From positions 140,494,001 to 140,558,000 of the forward strand of contig CM059431.1 in assembly GCA_030390025.1 (NCBI GenBank): 64,000 nucleotides of DNA, in the 5' to 3' direction. The position numbers and the translations under genes are program-made. Under the pieces are notes generated by a model that saw only the letters and a list, made by a program, of their open reading frames with translations, was not told the origin of the DNA and did not search any database. Below are positions 37,205-50,929 of the stretch, piece after piece. Numbering within the stretch: position 1 is the stretch's first letter; every line of letters starts with the position of its first letter. This DNA is from Squalus acanthias. Its lineage: Eukaryota.

Positions 37205-37750
37205 TTTTCTTCTTTTGTATGGTCGTTGCAAATCAGATCAAATGTCAATATCGAAGTTAGATATCTAGGCCAAAGCTTCCGGTGTAACAGTGGGGATATC
37301 TTGTAGGATGCCTGTGAATTTCCTCTGAGGGCAGTGCTCAATGATGTGCTCCAGGATCTGATTAGGAGCTCCACAGTCACATGATGGGGATGATTTGAAC
37401 TTCCATCTATGGAGAAGGAGGCAGCATCTACAATGACCAGTTCTGAGGCGGTTGATGTTTGTCCACTGTTTGCGAGGAAGGTTTGACTCTTCAGGTTGTA
37501 CTGTGGGGAACTCTATAAGGAATACATTCCGTTTGTCGCAATTCTTTCAAGCATTTCGCCACCGGTCATCAAGTCTGAGGGGAGATCGCTGTAGGGCTTT
37601 GGCGACGGTCCAAAATGGCCTTCTAGATTAGAGACGGGTTGGTGGTAGGTTTTACAAGTCGGCCTGGATCGGCATGTCTTTGCTGGTGCAGCGGTTGTAT
37701 TCTCTGAAGACTGCATATTCTCGTCGTAGGATTGGTGATGCGATGTTTGC
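37205..37750 (-). mobile_element. 3' fragment of an Ingi/Vingi-type non-LTR retrotransposon
   Basis: Manual translation LPRKQWTNINRLRTGHCRC...HRW...PSCDCGAPNQILEHIIEHCPQRKF is a C-terminal CCHC domain. A-rich tail at ~37205-37220, with a tgcact duplication at the ends. Confidence 0.75.
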
Positions 37751-37869
37751 ACTGTGGGTGGGCTATATTTGCTCAAACTGTCTGTACATGGTATCCAAAC
37801 CCTGGAAATAACGCTGCTTAGACTCTGCCAGAGATACTTGCAGAGAGAAAACGACAGGATTATTTTGTA

Positions 37870-38009
37870 CAAAAAGAAAATAAGAAAATACTGCAAATGC
37901 TGGAAATCTAAAATAAAAACAGAAAATGCAGGTGATACTCAGCAGGTCAGGCAGCATCTGTGAAGAGAGAAAGAGAGTTAACTTTTAAGGTCGATGATCT
38001 TTCGTCAGA
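37870..38009 (-). mobile_element. Short Penelope-like repeat with 11-bp target-site duplication
   Basis: attattttgta at 37859-37869 and 38010-38020. Contains a degenerate CTGACGA...hammerhead-type core on the minus strand. Confidence 0.65.
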
Positions 38010-38864
38010 ATTATTTTGTATATTTGAAACTCGGCACTGTGGGAGTGCAGCAGGCCGGAGAAACTTGCCAATATTCAGTCAAATAGATGATCCTGTTAGA
38101 CAGAGTCAATCACACTTAATCCAAACAAACATGAAAGCATATTTACACATTGCAGAATATCTGATGTAAAAATTTATTGTTGAAAAATGGGGACAATCTA
38201 TGGAAGTGACTAAATCTCCCAACATTACTAATAAAGTTGTCTCTCCTTCGTTCTCACTTTCCATTGCAAGATGGCCACATCCCTACCAAAGAGAACACGG
38301 GCCTGGGAAAGAATATTCACAGAAAAAGAACACGCAAGTGTGCTGACAAACAAAGGGATATTCCGATCACGCGATTGAAACAATAAATAAGGGAACTTTA
38401 ACATCGACCAATCAACATCACTTCAGCATCAACTCAGGACAAGACTCAGTCTATTGCAGACGGGCCAACACAGAAAAAGCTTCGTGATTACCATCTGGGG
38501 ACTGGTGCTAATTTGGAAAAGCTTCCCCACAGATTGCTCAAGCAACAGCCTGATACAGACTATATTTACAAAGGCAATCTCCCAGACTACTGCATGTGTT
38601 GTGAGAGAACTGACAGGATGGAGCAACCTACTCGATCTCATCTTCAATAACGCAGCTGTCAGAGACACGTCTGTAGACGATTGCGTTGATCGGTGTAACC
38701 ACCACAAAGTCCTTCTATTGATAAGGCCTGCACTCCACAATGCGAACACCCTCTGTTGTGCAGTGGTACAAGTGAAGCAATAACTAGTAGCCAGATACTG
38801 GGCATCTATAAGGTGTTGTGGGCTCTTCGCAATCGCAGAATTATATCCCACGACAAACAGCTGT

Positions 38865-39760
38865 GTGGCAAAATGTGAGGATGATACCAATCGACTCAAA
38901 CAGGACACAGAAAGGCTAGCAAAATGGGCAGACAAGTAGCAGATGGAATTTAATACAGAGGAGTGTGAGGTGCTGCATTTTGGCAGAAGGAAAAGGGAGA
39001 GGCAATATACACTTAATGGCACAGTTTTAAAAGAGTATGCAGGGACAGAGGGCACTGGGAGTTAAGGTGCATAGGTCCCTGAAGGTGGCAGGACATATTG
39101 AGAGAATGGTTAGCAAAGCATATAGGATCTTGGGTTTCATAAATATAGAGGTATTAAGTACAATAGTAGAGAAGATATGCTGAATCTTTATAAAGCGCTG
39201 ATTAGGCCACAACTGGAGTATTGCATCCAGTTCTGTTCACCACATTTTAGGAAGGATGTGAATGCCCTTGAGAGAGTGCAGAGGAGATTTAACAGAATGG
39301 TTCCAGGGATGGGGGATCTTAGCTACAAGGACGAGTTGGAGAAGCTGGATTTGTTTTCATTAGAGCAAAGGAGGTTGAGGGATGATTTGATAGTGGTGTA
39401 CACGATTATGACGGGTTTGGATAGGCTAGACGGGGAAAGGCTGTTCCCACTAGATGATGGTATAACGAAGAAGGGACACAGATTTAAGGTTTTGGGCAAG
39501 AGATACAGGGGGGATGTGAGGATACACTTTTTTACGCTGCGAATGGTGAGGACCTGGAACTCGCTGCCGGTGGAAGTGGTGGAAGCGGGCACACACAATG
39601 TTTTCAAGGGGAGACCGGATAGGCACTTGAGGGAAATACACTTGCAGCGCTTCGGGTACAGAGTGGGGGAATGGGACTGACTGGATTGCTCTGCAGAGAG
39701 CCGGCAAGGACTCGATGGGCCGATAGGCCTCCTTCTGTGCCGTTATGACTCTGTGACTCT
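38865..39760 (+). mobile_element. 5'-truncated CR1 LINE
   Basis: ORF 39177-39680 is the CR1 ORF2 C-terminus. Tail tgactctgtgactct. Confidence 0.9.
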
Positions 39761-40261
39761 GAGTCAAAATCTGATCGCCTGACCTATAAGATCCTATAAT
39801 CTCCTGCCACTATATAATCAAAATGCCAACTTTGTATTTAATTGTGAAACTTAAATAACGTGACATCAACTAAAGCATTGAAACTGAGAATGAGGCACTA
39901 ACTTAGTGAAAGAACGAATAAGACCAAAACGACAAAAGCAACGTGTTGCAGATCGAGTTAAAGCGTTCCACAGCCAAAGGATAAGAAGTAAGCTTGCCTT
40001 GTCTGCGCATCCATTTATTAATGGAAGTGGCAGCAGGGGATTATCAGACCAGGAGCGGGTCCAAGAAAACCCCCGTGATGGAGACAAGGCTGCAGAGCTC
40101 GAAGCAGATTGAGACACAAGTGCCATTTTAACGATCAAACGTGGCTCCATTAGCATTCAGCCCAGCGTCAAGCCAATGGAGATCACTCCACGTGACATTA
40201 GGAAGCGCTGGAACACACTGGTCACAGAGAAGATGATGGGTCCTATCAAAATCCTACTTAA

Positions 40262-40905
40262 GAACATAAGAACATAAGAAATAGGAGCAGGAGTCTGTCA
40301 TTCGGCCCTTCAATACCATCATGATTCATCTTCTACCTGAAGACCACCTTCCGCACTATCCCGATATCCCTTGGTTCCCTTCGTATCTCGGTCCTGAATA
40401 TACTCATCGATTGAGCCTCCACAGCGCTCTGGGGTAGATAATTCCAAGGATTAACAACCCTTTGAGTGAAGAAATTTTTCCTCATCTCAATCCTAATGGC
40501 CAACCCCTTATTCTGAGACAGTGACACTTATTTCCAGACTTCCGAGCCAGGAGAAACATCCTGAGAACATTTACCCTGACAAACCCCGTAAAGATTGTAT
40601 ACGTTTCAAAGGGATCACCTCTCATTCTTCTAAATTCTAGGGAATATAGGCCTAGTCTGCTCAATCTTTCTTCATAGGACAATCCCATCATCACAGGAAT
40701 CGGTTTCTTGGATCTTCGTTCCACTCCCTCTAAGACAAGTATATCCTTCATCAAGCAAGGAGACAAAAACGGTACACAGTATTCCAGGTGTGGTCTCACC
40801 AAGGCCTTATTTTATTGCAGTAACACTTCTTTAATCCTATACTCCAAATCTTCTGTAACAAAGGCTAACATACCATTTGGTTTCCTAATTTATTGCTGTA
40901 CCTGC
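40262..40905 (-). mobile_element. 5'-truncated CR1 LINE
   Basis: ORF 40482-40802 is the CR1 C-terminus. (aagaacat)n tail at 40262. Confidence 0.88.
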
Positions 40906-42519
40906 CATTAGTTGCGAAGACCTGCCTAAAACAATTCACCACCCCCACCACAGCCAGTCTATTTCGGTACAGATGTGTGACTGGTATACCTGATGACGTA
41001 GGAAATTGCTCACGTACGTTCAATCCATTGGAAAATGACACAATTTACCGAGCCAATGATGGCCCTATTAATACCTTAATAATCATCAATACAGTGAAGG
41101 AATTAGTCAATTGTAGAGCCATCGAGGGTTACATACAAAACAATATTCGACTCACCAACATTCAGTTCCTGCTCAGCCATGGCCGCTCTGCTCCAAACTT
41201 AATCAAAGCCTTGATACAGACCGGGATACAAGAGACAATGCGACACGAGATGTGAGAGTAACTTCCGTAAACAGGAGTGCAAAATTCGACCGAGGACGAC
41301 ATCAAGAAGCCCTGTTAAAATGTGGTCATACTTAACGGGGGTCTAAGGGAATCCTTTTAATTAAAATAGCTGTTGATGGCCAAGCATCACAGTTGTCGCT
41401 GCCGGACTTTCTCAGGGCTGCACACTTGGTTAGGCACATTCATAAATAACATTCGCTCTGTCATCACTTCAGGAATCGATCCGTTCTCCGTTCATTCATC
41501 AATGCCCTGATCCATTAACAACTACATAAATAATGCAGCAGCCCATGACAGCCTATTTCAGGACCAGAACAATCCCAGGTGTGTGTTAACAATAGGCATG
41601 TGACATTTGTGCCATGTCAGTGCCGGGCAATTACCAGATCCAACAGGAAAAGGCACAACAAATCGCTGCAACATTTGGCGCCAACAAAATCACCTACTGC
41701 CGCCCAATCAACATCCTGCCCATTGACCAGAAGATTAACGGCAGCTGCTGTATCAACACAGCAGATGAACGGCAGAGACTGGGTTCTCCACGATAAGTGT
41801 CTCTCTTCCTGATCTCTGAAAACCTCTTCACTCGGCCTCCAGTTAGGAATGTGATGGAATAATCACCACTTGTATTAAATGGATACACCCACAACAACAT
41901 TCATAAAGCTCGGCGACATCCAGGGCAAAACATTCTGCTTGATTCTAAGTCCATAATATCCACCCCGTCCACCATCAGTTCACTATTGCTGCAGTCTGTA
42001 TTATCCACAGCAAATCACCAAGCTTAACTTGACATCACCGCTCAGACCAGTTCTCTCTATCACTGATAAGGATAAGAGCAGTAAAGTGGTGAGATTCCCG
42101 CTGCTCCAATGTCCCCTCCAAGTCACAGGCCATCCTGACCTGGACACATATCGCGGTTCCTTCATCGATGGTGAGTCAAAATCCTGCGATTGCATTCTTA
42201 GCACAATCCTAGCAGCAGCATCACCACAAGGTTTGCAGCGGTTCGAAAGGCCAAACAGGACCAATTTGGGGCAGCGAGAGAAAAAAGATCAAAACCATCG
42301 AGTAGAATGAGAAACAATTGAATTTTTGTAAAATGAGGATTTGTGACCAAAAAGAAGGGAATATTGAAGAGAAACATGAGGCGGCTGCTAGCCTGGTAGT
42401 GTAGGTACCATTTTGCCAATCGGTAACTGAATTCGGTGAAGTTAATATGAGAGGGACTCTGTAGGTTATGGGGGATTATGTGGACATTTAGTGAGACACT
42501 GGTGTACTTTGAATAGCTT

Positions 42520-45500
42520 TGATGTGTCATTTGTGGTGAGTGGGGAACCAGACATGTAGCAGAATGGAGAGGGAAGCATATAGAAAAGATGGTAAGGGAA
42601 AAGACAGTGAGCATCAGGTATAGAGCCGGAGGGCGAACGGATGCGTGGATTGAATCACGAACCGTGCAGGAGAAAAGGAAAGTGAAGGGGATAATGAGGA
42701 TTGTAGCAGGTGGGGGAGGGAAGGAAACATCAGGAACAGAACAGATGGGGAACCGGACATGAAGCACTGGAAGGAGCGGCACGGAGAAGGAGGAGGGGGA
42801 ATCAGACACAGAGGAGTCGGGAGATATATTAGAATGTTTTATTATTTATCTTAAATGCAAATTATAATTCTGAAATTCATAAATTTTTCAACGTGTCTCA
42901 GTATCATAATGAATTGAATCCCCTGACAGATACTTATACAATGAAATGAAAAGATAAATTTACAGCTCCACCAATAAAGGTTAACTGGTCAATGATACAA
43001 AGGGTTCGCTTGTTCACCGCACACTTTTGCTGATTCAGTTCCAGTAATTGAATCCCGGAGCCTGAGACTCATGTGGGGGAACATCCTGATCAAGGCTCAG
43101 AATGTTACTCATCAACTGGAGACTAACTCCGGATTTTATAGTCATTGTTCTATGGTTAATAAATGACCATCACTGGATAATAACCTGTACAGGTGACGGG
43201 AATTCTAGAAATCTCGGGTATCCAATCATATTAACATTATAAAAGGTCTAACACCGAGATCAATAGACCTGCGATCCGAATGTAGTTCATTCCCGCACAG
43301 TGAAAATCGGGTCAACGTGACGGATAAAGATCGAAAGGTAGATAATTCCAGAAAACTGTCGTGTTAACACAAAGAGCTCACTGTGCCCATCCCTCTGGTG
43401 TTTGATCCCAATAAACTAACAGCGATCTTTGTCCCTTGCTCTCTGTGCCCTTTTATAGTTCGATAATAAACAGGTTTTATCGTGAGCAATATAATCGAAT
43501 TGATGTCACCGATATGAATCGGGATCTTCTGTTCCGTAGATGGAAGCGATGGGGGAAATTAAATCATTTTTACCAAACCAATGATTAATAACTTTGGATG
43601 AAATATCAGTAATTCATCAGTATAATTCAAACATAATGAGACTGTGTGTGATTCAGTCCGAGCCCTGCACCAGTGAACAGGGCGGGGAGGGATTGTAATG
43701 ATCAGGCTGAAGGTCGGGTTAGCACTGTGCTGTGTAACTGATCTTTACCCAGGGTGTGTTCATTACACTGTATAACCCACAATGCTAACTTACCCGGACT
43801 CTCTGGAACCAGAATAAGGGACAGCAGCACAAGATAAGGACCCGGAATATACTAGCACCATTATAGTGTTTTATTGTAGCAGAACTGACACAGTGCCATT
43901 TCCTGGTGCAGTAGTTCAATCAGTGAAAAGTTGAGATTTCAACATTGGATCCGGTAAGAAATCATTGTTTTATTTTTTAGAAATTGGAGATGCGTCATTT
44001 AACAGAATAACATTTCCAAATGTAACCTCACACATTAAAAGGAGTTGATCAGAGAGAGCCAGCATGGTTTTATTGAAGGTAATTCATGTCTGACTAATCT
44101 AGTTGAATATTTAGAAATGATCACATATAAGGTAGACAAATGAGTGCCTATGTATTTTATCGATGTGGACTTGCAGAAGGCATTCGATAAGGTTCCACAC
44201 CAAAGATAATTGGCATAAATGAGAGCGCATGGAAAAAGAGTCAGCCTATTAACTTGGTTTAGAAATTGTTATGGAATGAGCAAAAGAGTGGGGATCAATG
44301 CTATGCACTCCCGTTGACATTTTGCAAAAGCCTGGCTTGTATGTGCTTGAGTATAGAAGATTGAGGGGCGATCTGACCGAGGTGTTTAAAATGTTAAAAA
44401 TTATCGATATTGTAGATAGAGAAAAACTATTTCCTCTGGTCGGGGAATGAAAAACATGGGGGGACGGTAGAACTTTAGAATGAGGCCCTAACCTAGTGAA
44501 ACTACAACAAAGACAAAGAACCACAAGTGGAATTTTAAACACGGAGATGTGTGATCAAACAAATAAAATGTTGAAGAGTAATCTTACCCAGCTGGTTGAT
44601 GCTGGTTCATTATTGTGGGACCATTACTCGAGTCTGTAACAATATTCGGTGCAGAGAATATGGGATGGGTTTTGGATTATGCTGTACTACAAATAACTTT
44701 TAAATGTTAAAGCAAAATACTGTGAATGCTGGAATTCTGAAATAGAAACACAACATGCTGGAAATATTCGGCAGGTTAGGCAGCATCTGTGGAGAGAGAA
44801 CGTTTCAGGATCTGACGAAAGGTCATCGGCCTGAAACGTTGAATCTTTCTCTCTCCACAGATGCACTCTGACCTGCTGAGTATTTCCAGCATTTTCAGCT
44901 CTTATACATTGTTTGTGGTGGATGGGTATTTAGACAGGCCGCAGAGGAAGGAAGCAGGGACGGTAATCAGGCATGGTGCAGGTGGAAAGTGAAGGAGAGG
45001 GAGAGTCAGATATAGAGCAGGAGGGCAAACGGGTGTGGGAAGATCGGCACGGAGCAGGAGGAAAGAAAGGACAATGATAACATTAGTATTGCAGCAGGTG
45101 GGGAGGAATAAAGGGTTAGCGGGAGATAGTTAGAGGTGAAGGAAGGTTGTAGAGTAGAAGCCAGTTACAGATGCAGGGGACATTCAGGCATGGAGCAGGT
45201 GGGATGGAGCACCTGGGGAAGGGAAGTTAGTAAAGAATCAGACAAAGAGCTTCTGGGAATGGAAACAGGGGGAGAAGCAGATGTGGAACCTGTCGGGGGA
45301 GGGAAGAAAACATTAAAGACCAGGCACAGCACCGGTGGGGGAAGCAGACGGTAAAAGGGCGGGATTTCAAACACGGAGCAGGGAGAGCTGTAACCAAACT
45401 GGGAGCGGCAGCACAGAGAAGCAGGAAGGGGATTGAGACACGGAGCAATCGCAATCAGTTGCCTGAACTTTTATACTTGTATTAAGTACAAGTGCTAATT

Positions 45501-46415
45501 AGCGAATGAATTCAATGTTCAGATTTTCCCAGTCTCATAATAAATATAATCCGCTGCTAAACTGTTATTTGAAAGATTATAAGAAAGTGTGAAATTGCAT
45601 CACGACCACTAAAAGTTAACAGGTCGATGAAGCAGATTTTCACTTGTTTACGACCCACATTGACTGGTTCAGTTCCAGTTACTGAAACCCGAAGCCTGAG
45701 ACTCATGGGTGTGAACATCCTGATCAAGGTCCAGACTGTTACTCATTAACTAGAGGCTAGTTGTTAGAGATTGTAATCAGTGATCTTTGTCCCTTCGCAT
45801 CTCTGCCCTTCTCTGGTCCTATAATAACGATTTTTTTGCTGAGCAATGAAATATAATTGAGGATCTGAAACTGATTCCGGCTACAGAACACGGTTTCACT
45901 GCGGGGTTTTCTGAACCGCAGATGGAAGAGCTGTGGGGAAATGTAGTCATTGTTACCGCACAGAGGATTAATGACTTTGGGTCAAAGGTCAGTAATTTAT
46001 CAGAACAATTCAAACTGAATGCAACAGTGTGTGATTCAGATCTGGCACTGCATCAGAGAACAGGGCGAAGAGGGATTGTACTGATCAGGTTGAAGGTCGT
46101 GTTTATGACTGTGATGTGTAACTATATTTACCCAGGATGTGTTCATTAACTTGCAGAACACACAACGCTAACTTACCCAGACTCTCTGGATCCAGAATCA
46201 GGAGCCGCAGCACGAGGTAAGGACCCGGAATGTCCTGAGTAAAATGTTTGCATTTCAAAGTAGCAAAATCGCTGTTTATTTGTGCAGAAGTTCAAAGATA
46301 GAGACAAGTTAACATGACAATAATGGACAGGTAACAAAAAGTGTATTATCAGAAATTAATTTACTGGGAGTTGTGTGATTTAACAGAATAAAACTTGCAA
46401 TGTAATTTCACAAGC
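42520..46415. repeat. Old local duplication: ~42520-44035 vs ~44900-46415
   Basis: Collinear shared blocks, e.g. gcctgagactcatg...aacatcctgatcaagg (~43060 / ~45694) and ctaacttaccc.gactctctgga.ccagaat (~43785 / ~46168). Confidence 0.75.
44745..44900. mobile_element. Penelope-like inverted repeat containing a minimal hammerhead ribozyme motif (44807-44847, +)
   Basis: Imperfect inverted arms around CTGACGA-AAGGTCATCGGCCT-GAAA-CGTT. Confidence 0.65.
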
Positions 46416-46499
46416 TAAAATTCTGCTGCTGTAAATAGTATTCAAATACATTTATCATGTAAAACACGCTCAGGAACAAAGAGTCAGAGGGCTACGTCA

Positions 46500-48600
46500 T
46501 AGAAGCATAGAATCATTCAGCACAGAAGGCCCATCGAGCCTGTCCCAGAACTGTAAAACAGCAATCGAATTAGTTCCACTCCCCGCTCTCTCCCCTGAGC
46601 CCTACAATTGTCTCTCCATTAATTAATTATCCAATTCTCTTTTAAAAGGTACTATTGCATTTTCTTCTACCACTCTTTCAGGCATTGCATTCCAGAAACA
46701 TAATAACTCGATGCCTAAAAATATCTCCTCATCTCACCTCTGGCACTTTTGCCAATTGCTTTAAATCTGTGTCTTCTTTATACCGACCCTTCTGTCAGTA
46801 GACACAGTTTCTCCTTATTTATTTTATGAAAATAGGGAAAGGTTTCATGAATTTTATCGCCTCATTAAATCTCGTCTTAATATTCTCTGATTTAAGGAGA
46901 ACAATTTCATCTTCTCTAGTCTCTTCATGTAACTGAAATTCCTCATTTCTGTTACCACTCTAGTAATTCTCCTCTGCACACTCTGCAAGGCTCCGACAGC
47001 CTTCCTAAAGTGTGGTGACCAGAATTGAACACAATGCTCCAGGTGAGGCCGAACCAGTGTTTGGTAAAGGTTTAGCATAATTTCCTTGCTTTGCACTCTC
47101 TGGGCACAACTGTGGCAGATGGAGATCAGTTTGGGAAAGTGTGAGGTCATTCACGTTGGACCCAAAAAGAGAAGATCAGAGTATTTTTTAATTGGTTAGA
47201 AGATAGGAACTATGGATGAGCAGAGAGAACTAGGGGTCCAAGTACATAAATCACTAGAAGCTAGTGGACAGGTACCAAAAATAAGTAAAAGTCTAATGGA
47301 ATGTTGGCCATTATCTCGATGGCTGGAATCCAAAGGGTTAGAAGTTCTGTTCCAGCTGTACAGAGCTCTGGTTAGACCCATTTACAGAACTGTGTTTAGT
47401 TCTGGGCACCGCATCTCGGGAACAATATCTTGGCTTTGGAGGTGGTGCAGCTCAGATTCACCAGAACGATACCGGGGCTAAAAGCTTTAAATTATGAGGA
47501 TAGATTGCATTGACGAAGCTTTTATTCCCTTGTTATACAAGATTAATGGGTGAACTAATTGAGGTGTTTAAGATGATCAAAGGAATAACTGGGATAGAAG
47601 GAGTTAAACTTTGGTGGACGAGTCGAGAAAAAGGGACATAAACTTAAACACAGAGCTCGGCCGTTCAGGGGTGGTGTTTGAAAGCACTTCTTCAGACACA
47701 GTGTAGTGGAAATCTGGAACACCTGCCTTCAAAAAGCTGTTGAGTTTCGGTCAATTGAAAATTACAAACTGCCATTGATAGATTTTTGTTAGGCAATGGT
47801 ATTTAGGGTTATGGAACCAAGGTGGGTAAATGGAGTTAAGATACAGCTCAGCCATGATCGAATTGAATGGAGGAACAAGCTAGAACTAATGAGTGGCCTA
47901 CTCCTGTTCCTATGTTCCTATATTCCTATGCCACTATTTATAAACAAATGGTCTCGTATACTTTTCTAAATGATTTATCGTCCTATCCTGCCACCTTCAA
48001 AGATTTCTCTATGTGTACCCCCATTTATTTATGTTCCTGCCACCCCTTTAAAATTGTAACATTTAGTTTGTATTGCCTCATTCTTCCTTCCAAAACCCCT
48101 AAACATAAATGCATCACTTCACACGTCTCTGCGTAAAATTTCACCTGCCATGTGTCTGTCCATTTCACCAGACGGTCTATTTCCTTCATAAATCTTCTGC
48201 TGTCCTCCTCACGGTTTACGACTTTTCCGAGATTCGTCTCATCTACAACCTTTTAAATTATGCTCTGTATACCCAAGTCCAGGTCACTAATATATCAAAA
48301 AGAGCAGGAGCCCTAATACCGAGCCCTGGGGTCACCACTGTATATTTCCCACCAGAGTGAAAAATATCGGTTCACAACTACTTTCTGTTTTCTGTCCCTT
48401 CGCCAATTTAGTATCCACTCTGCCACTGCTCCTTTAATATCATTGGTTCCAATTTTGGTAAATAGTCTATCATGAGGTAATTTATCAAACGCCTTCGTAA
48501 AGTCCACATACAGAACATCAACTGCACTACTTTCATCAACCCTGTCCTATTTCACCCATTAACCCAATCAAGTCAGCCAGATTTGATTTGCCTTCAAAAA
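46500..48600. mobile_element. Cluster of CR1 fragments (minus 46500-47100, plus 47100-47930, minus 47940-48600)
   Basis: LVRPHLEHCVQFWSPHFRK and DFTKAFDKLPH motifs, and CR1 tails at ~46500 and ~47920. Confidence 0.8.
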
Positions 48601-48639
48601 AGTCCATTTTTGCTGTCGCTATTATTTGTATTCGGTTAT

Positions 48640-49620
48640 TTGATGTGCGCGTCGCTGGCAATGCCAGCATTTATTGCCCATCCCTAATTGCCCTTGAGAA
48701 GGTGGTGGTGAGCCGCCTTTTTGAACCGCTGCAGTCTTTGCGGTGAAGGTATTCCCACAGTGCTGTTAGGTAGGGAGTTCCAGGATTTTGACCCATCGAC
48801 GATGAAGGATCAGCGATATACTTCAAAGACAGGATGATATTGGAGGGTAAAGTGGAGGTGTTGGTGTTCCCATGCGCATGCTGCCCTTGTCCTTCTCGGT
48901 GGAAGAGGCCTCGAGTTTGGGAGGCGCTGCCGAAGAAGCCTTGGCGAGTTGCTGCAGTGCATCTTGTATACAGTACACACTGCAGCCACGGTACGCCAGT
49001 GGTGAAGGGAGTCACGTTTTAAGGTGGTAGATGGGGTGCTAATCAAGCGGACTGCTTTGTCCTGGTTGGTGGCGCGCTTCTTGAGTGTTGTTGGAGCTGC
49101 ACTCATCCGGGCAAGTGGCGAGTATTCCATCACACTCCGTAATTGTGCCTTGTAAATGGTGGAAAGTATTTGGGGAGTCAGGAGGTGAGACACTCGCCGC
49201 AGAATACCTAGCCTCTGATCTGCTCTTGTTGCCACAGTATTGATGTGGCTGGTCCATTTAAGTTTCTGGTCAATGGTGACCCCCAGGATATTAATAGAAG
49301 GGAATTTGGCGATTGTTAGACTCTCGCTTGTGGGAGATAGTCATTGCCTGGCACTTCTGTGGCGCGAATTTTATCTGCCACGTATCAACCCAAGCCTGAA
49401 CGTCGTCCAGGTCTTGTTGCATGTGGCCATGGAGTGCTTCATTATCTGAGGAGTTGTGAATGGCGCTGAACACTGTGCAGTCACAGCGAACATCACCATT
49501 TCTGACCTTATGTTGGAGGGAAGGTCATTGATGAAGCAGCTGAAGATGTTTGGGCCTAGGACAATTGCCTCGAGGAACTCCTGCAGCGATGTCCTGGGGC
49601 TGTGATGATTTCCCTTCAAT
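48640..49620 (-). mobile_element. Non-LTR retrotransposon 3' fragment of a second family (CR1/L2 group)
   Basis: Frameshifted RT pieces (AGVP.G..LGP..FSCFINDLPS; STIYKAQ.RSVMEYSPLA). Related copies at ~41380-42260 (+) and ~56830-57680 (-). Confidence 0.75.
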
Positions 49621-50559
49621 CACAACAACCATCTTCCTTTGTATTAACTCATGTTCTTCCAAGTGACAATGAATTTTGATTTGGATTTTTCTCCCTTGAA
49701 GTTTCCTCCTCATCAATGTTAAACTGGGTCGCCTGTAGTTATTTGGTTCATCACTCTCCACTTTATTTTATCAGGGAAGTAACATTTGCAGTCCTCTGGC
49801 ACCTTTCCCAAATCGAAGGATTGGGAGGTTGTGGCAGAGCGGGTGACTTTTCTACTTTGAGTACTGCCAACCGTTTTAGTACATCGTCCAAATCTATTTA
49901 TATCCTCTCCAATTTCTCTAACAACTCCTCCTTTACTGAACCGTTGGCAGCATCCTCTCGTTTAGTGAATACGGAGGCAAAGTGTTAATTTAGTACCTCA
50001 GCCATGTCCTCTGCTTCCATAAGATGATTACCTTTTTCGTCGTTAATCGGCCCCAACTTTCCTTGGACTATTCTTTCACGCTTTATATGTTTATAAAAGG
50101 CTTTAGTGTTGCCTATTACATTACCGATAATCATTTCTCATACATTCTCCTTGCCCCTCTGTTGTTGCTGTTGTATGTTTATTACACTAGTGGCAGCGTT
50201 AGTAAAGCAGCAAAGTACTAAATTTTATAAAATCTCAAACTGGTTATAAATTAACTGAATCACTTTTACATTTCCACAGTGGGGAAGGGATAGGACTTTG
50301 ATTGATAATTTCAATGGACGCACGTGCGAGGGAACACACACATGTGGAGAATAGTGATTGTAAAACAGCAGTAAATTCTACCACTTGTATATTCATGGTG
50401 TTTTCTGAGATCCCAGAGCTGTAGTGATGGGGGAGGAGGGACTTGTTATCATGTTTAACTCGGCAACGTTTCCTTCTCATTTTAATATTTCCCTGGAAAC
50501 CTCCTATTAATATTATATTTGTTACAGAGCATCAGAGCCTGGGAACGCCTGTCACCAAC

Positions 50560-50623
50560 ATGGCTGAAGGTCCAAACAGGGGAGAAGATTCAACATCCTC
50601 AAAAAGAATGAGAATGGACACAG
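50560..50623 (+). CDS. NLR gene, first coding exon (MAEGPNRGEDSTSSKRMRMDT)
   Basis: Acceptor ttacag at 50527, ATG in accaacATGG context, donor G|GTAGGT. Phase 1 fits the next exon. Confidence 0.7.
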
Positions 50624-50929
50624 GTAGGTTCACAAGATACTTTAAAATACAATTTCTGTCCCGACATAAAGTCCAGATCTGGTGCATGAACCTGCAGCTC
50701 ACATAGGTCGCGGGAACAGGACAGGGACGGAGTACAAAGAGGCAAGTGAGTGACCATCGAGAGGGACACCGCATTCACAGGTGGAGGCAGTCCCTGAGTA
50801 CTGGAACTGTCCAATAGATACCTGGTATTGGAGAGTGTAAGGTGGATAAAGACAGTGACTCAGAGGAGGGTCTTCCTGAACAACAGTGTAACTCCAGAGA
50901 GCAGGAGACCAACCAGTGGGGCGAGAATG

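Noticed and set aside
42198..42809. 203-aa ORF
   Set aside because: Reverse complement of a purine-rich low-complexity tract within the duplicated block, with no protein motif.
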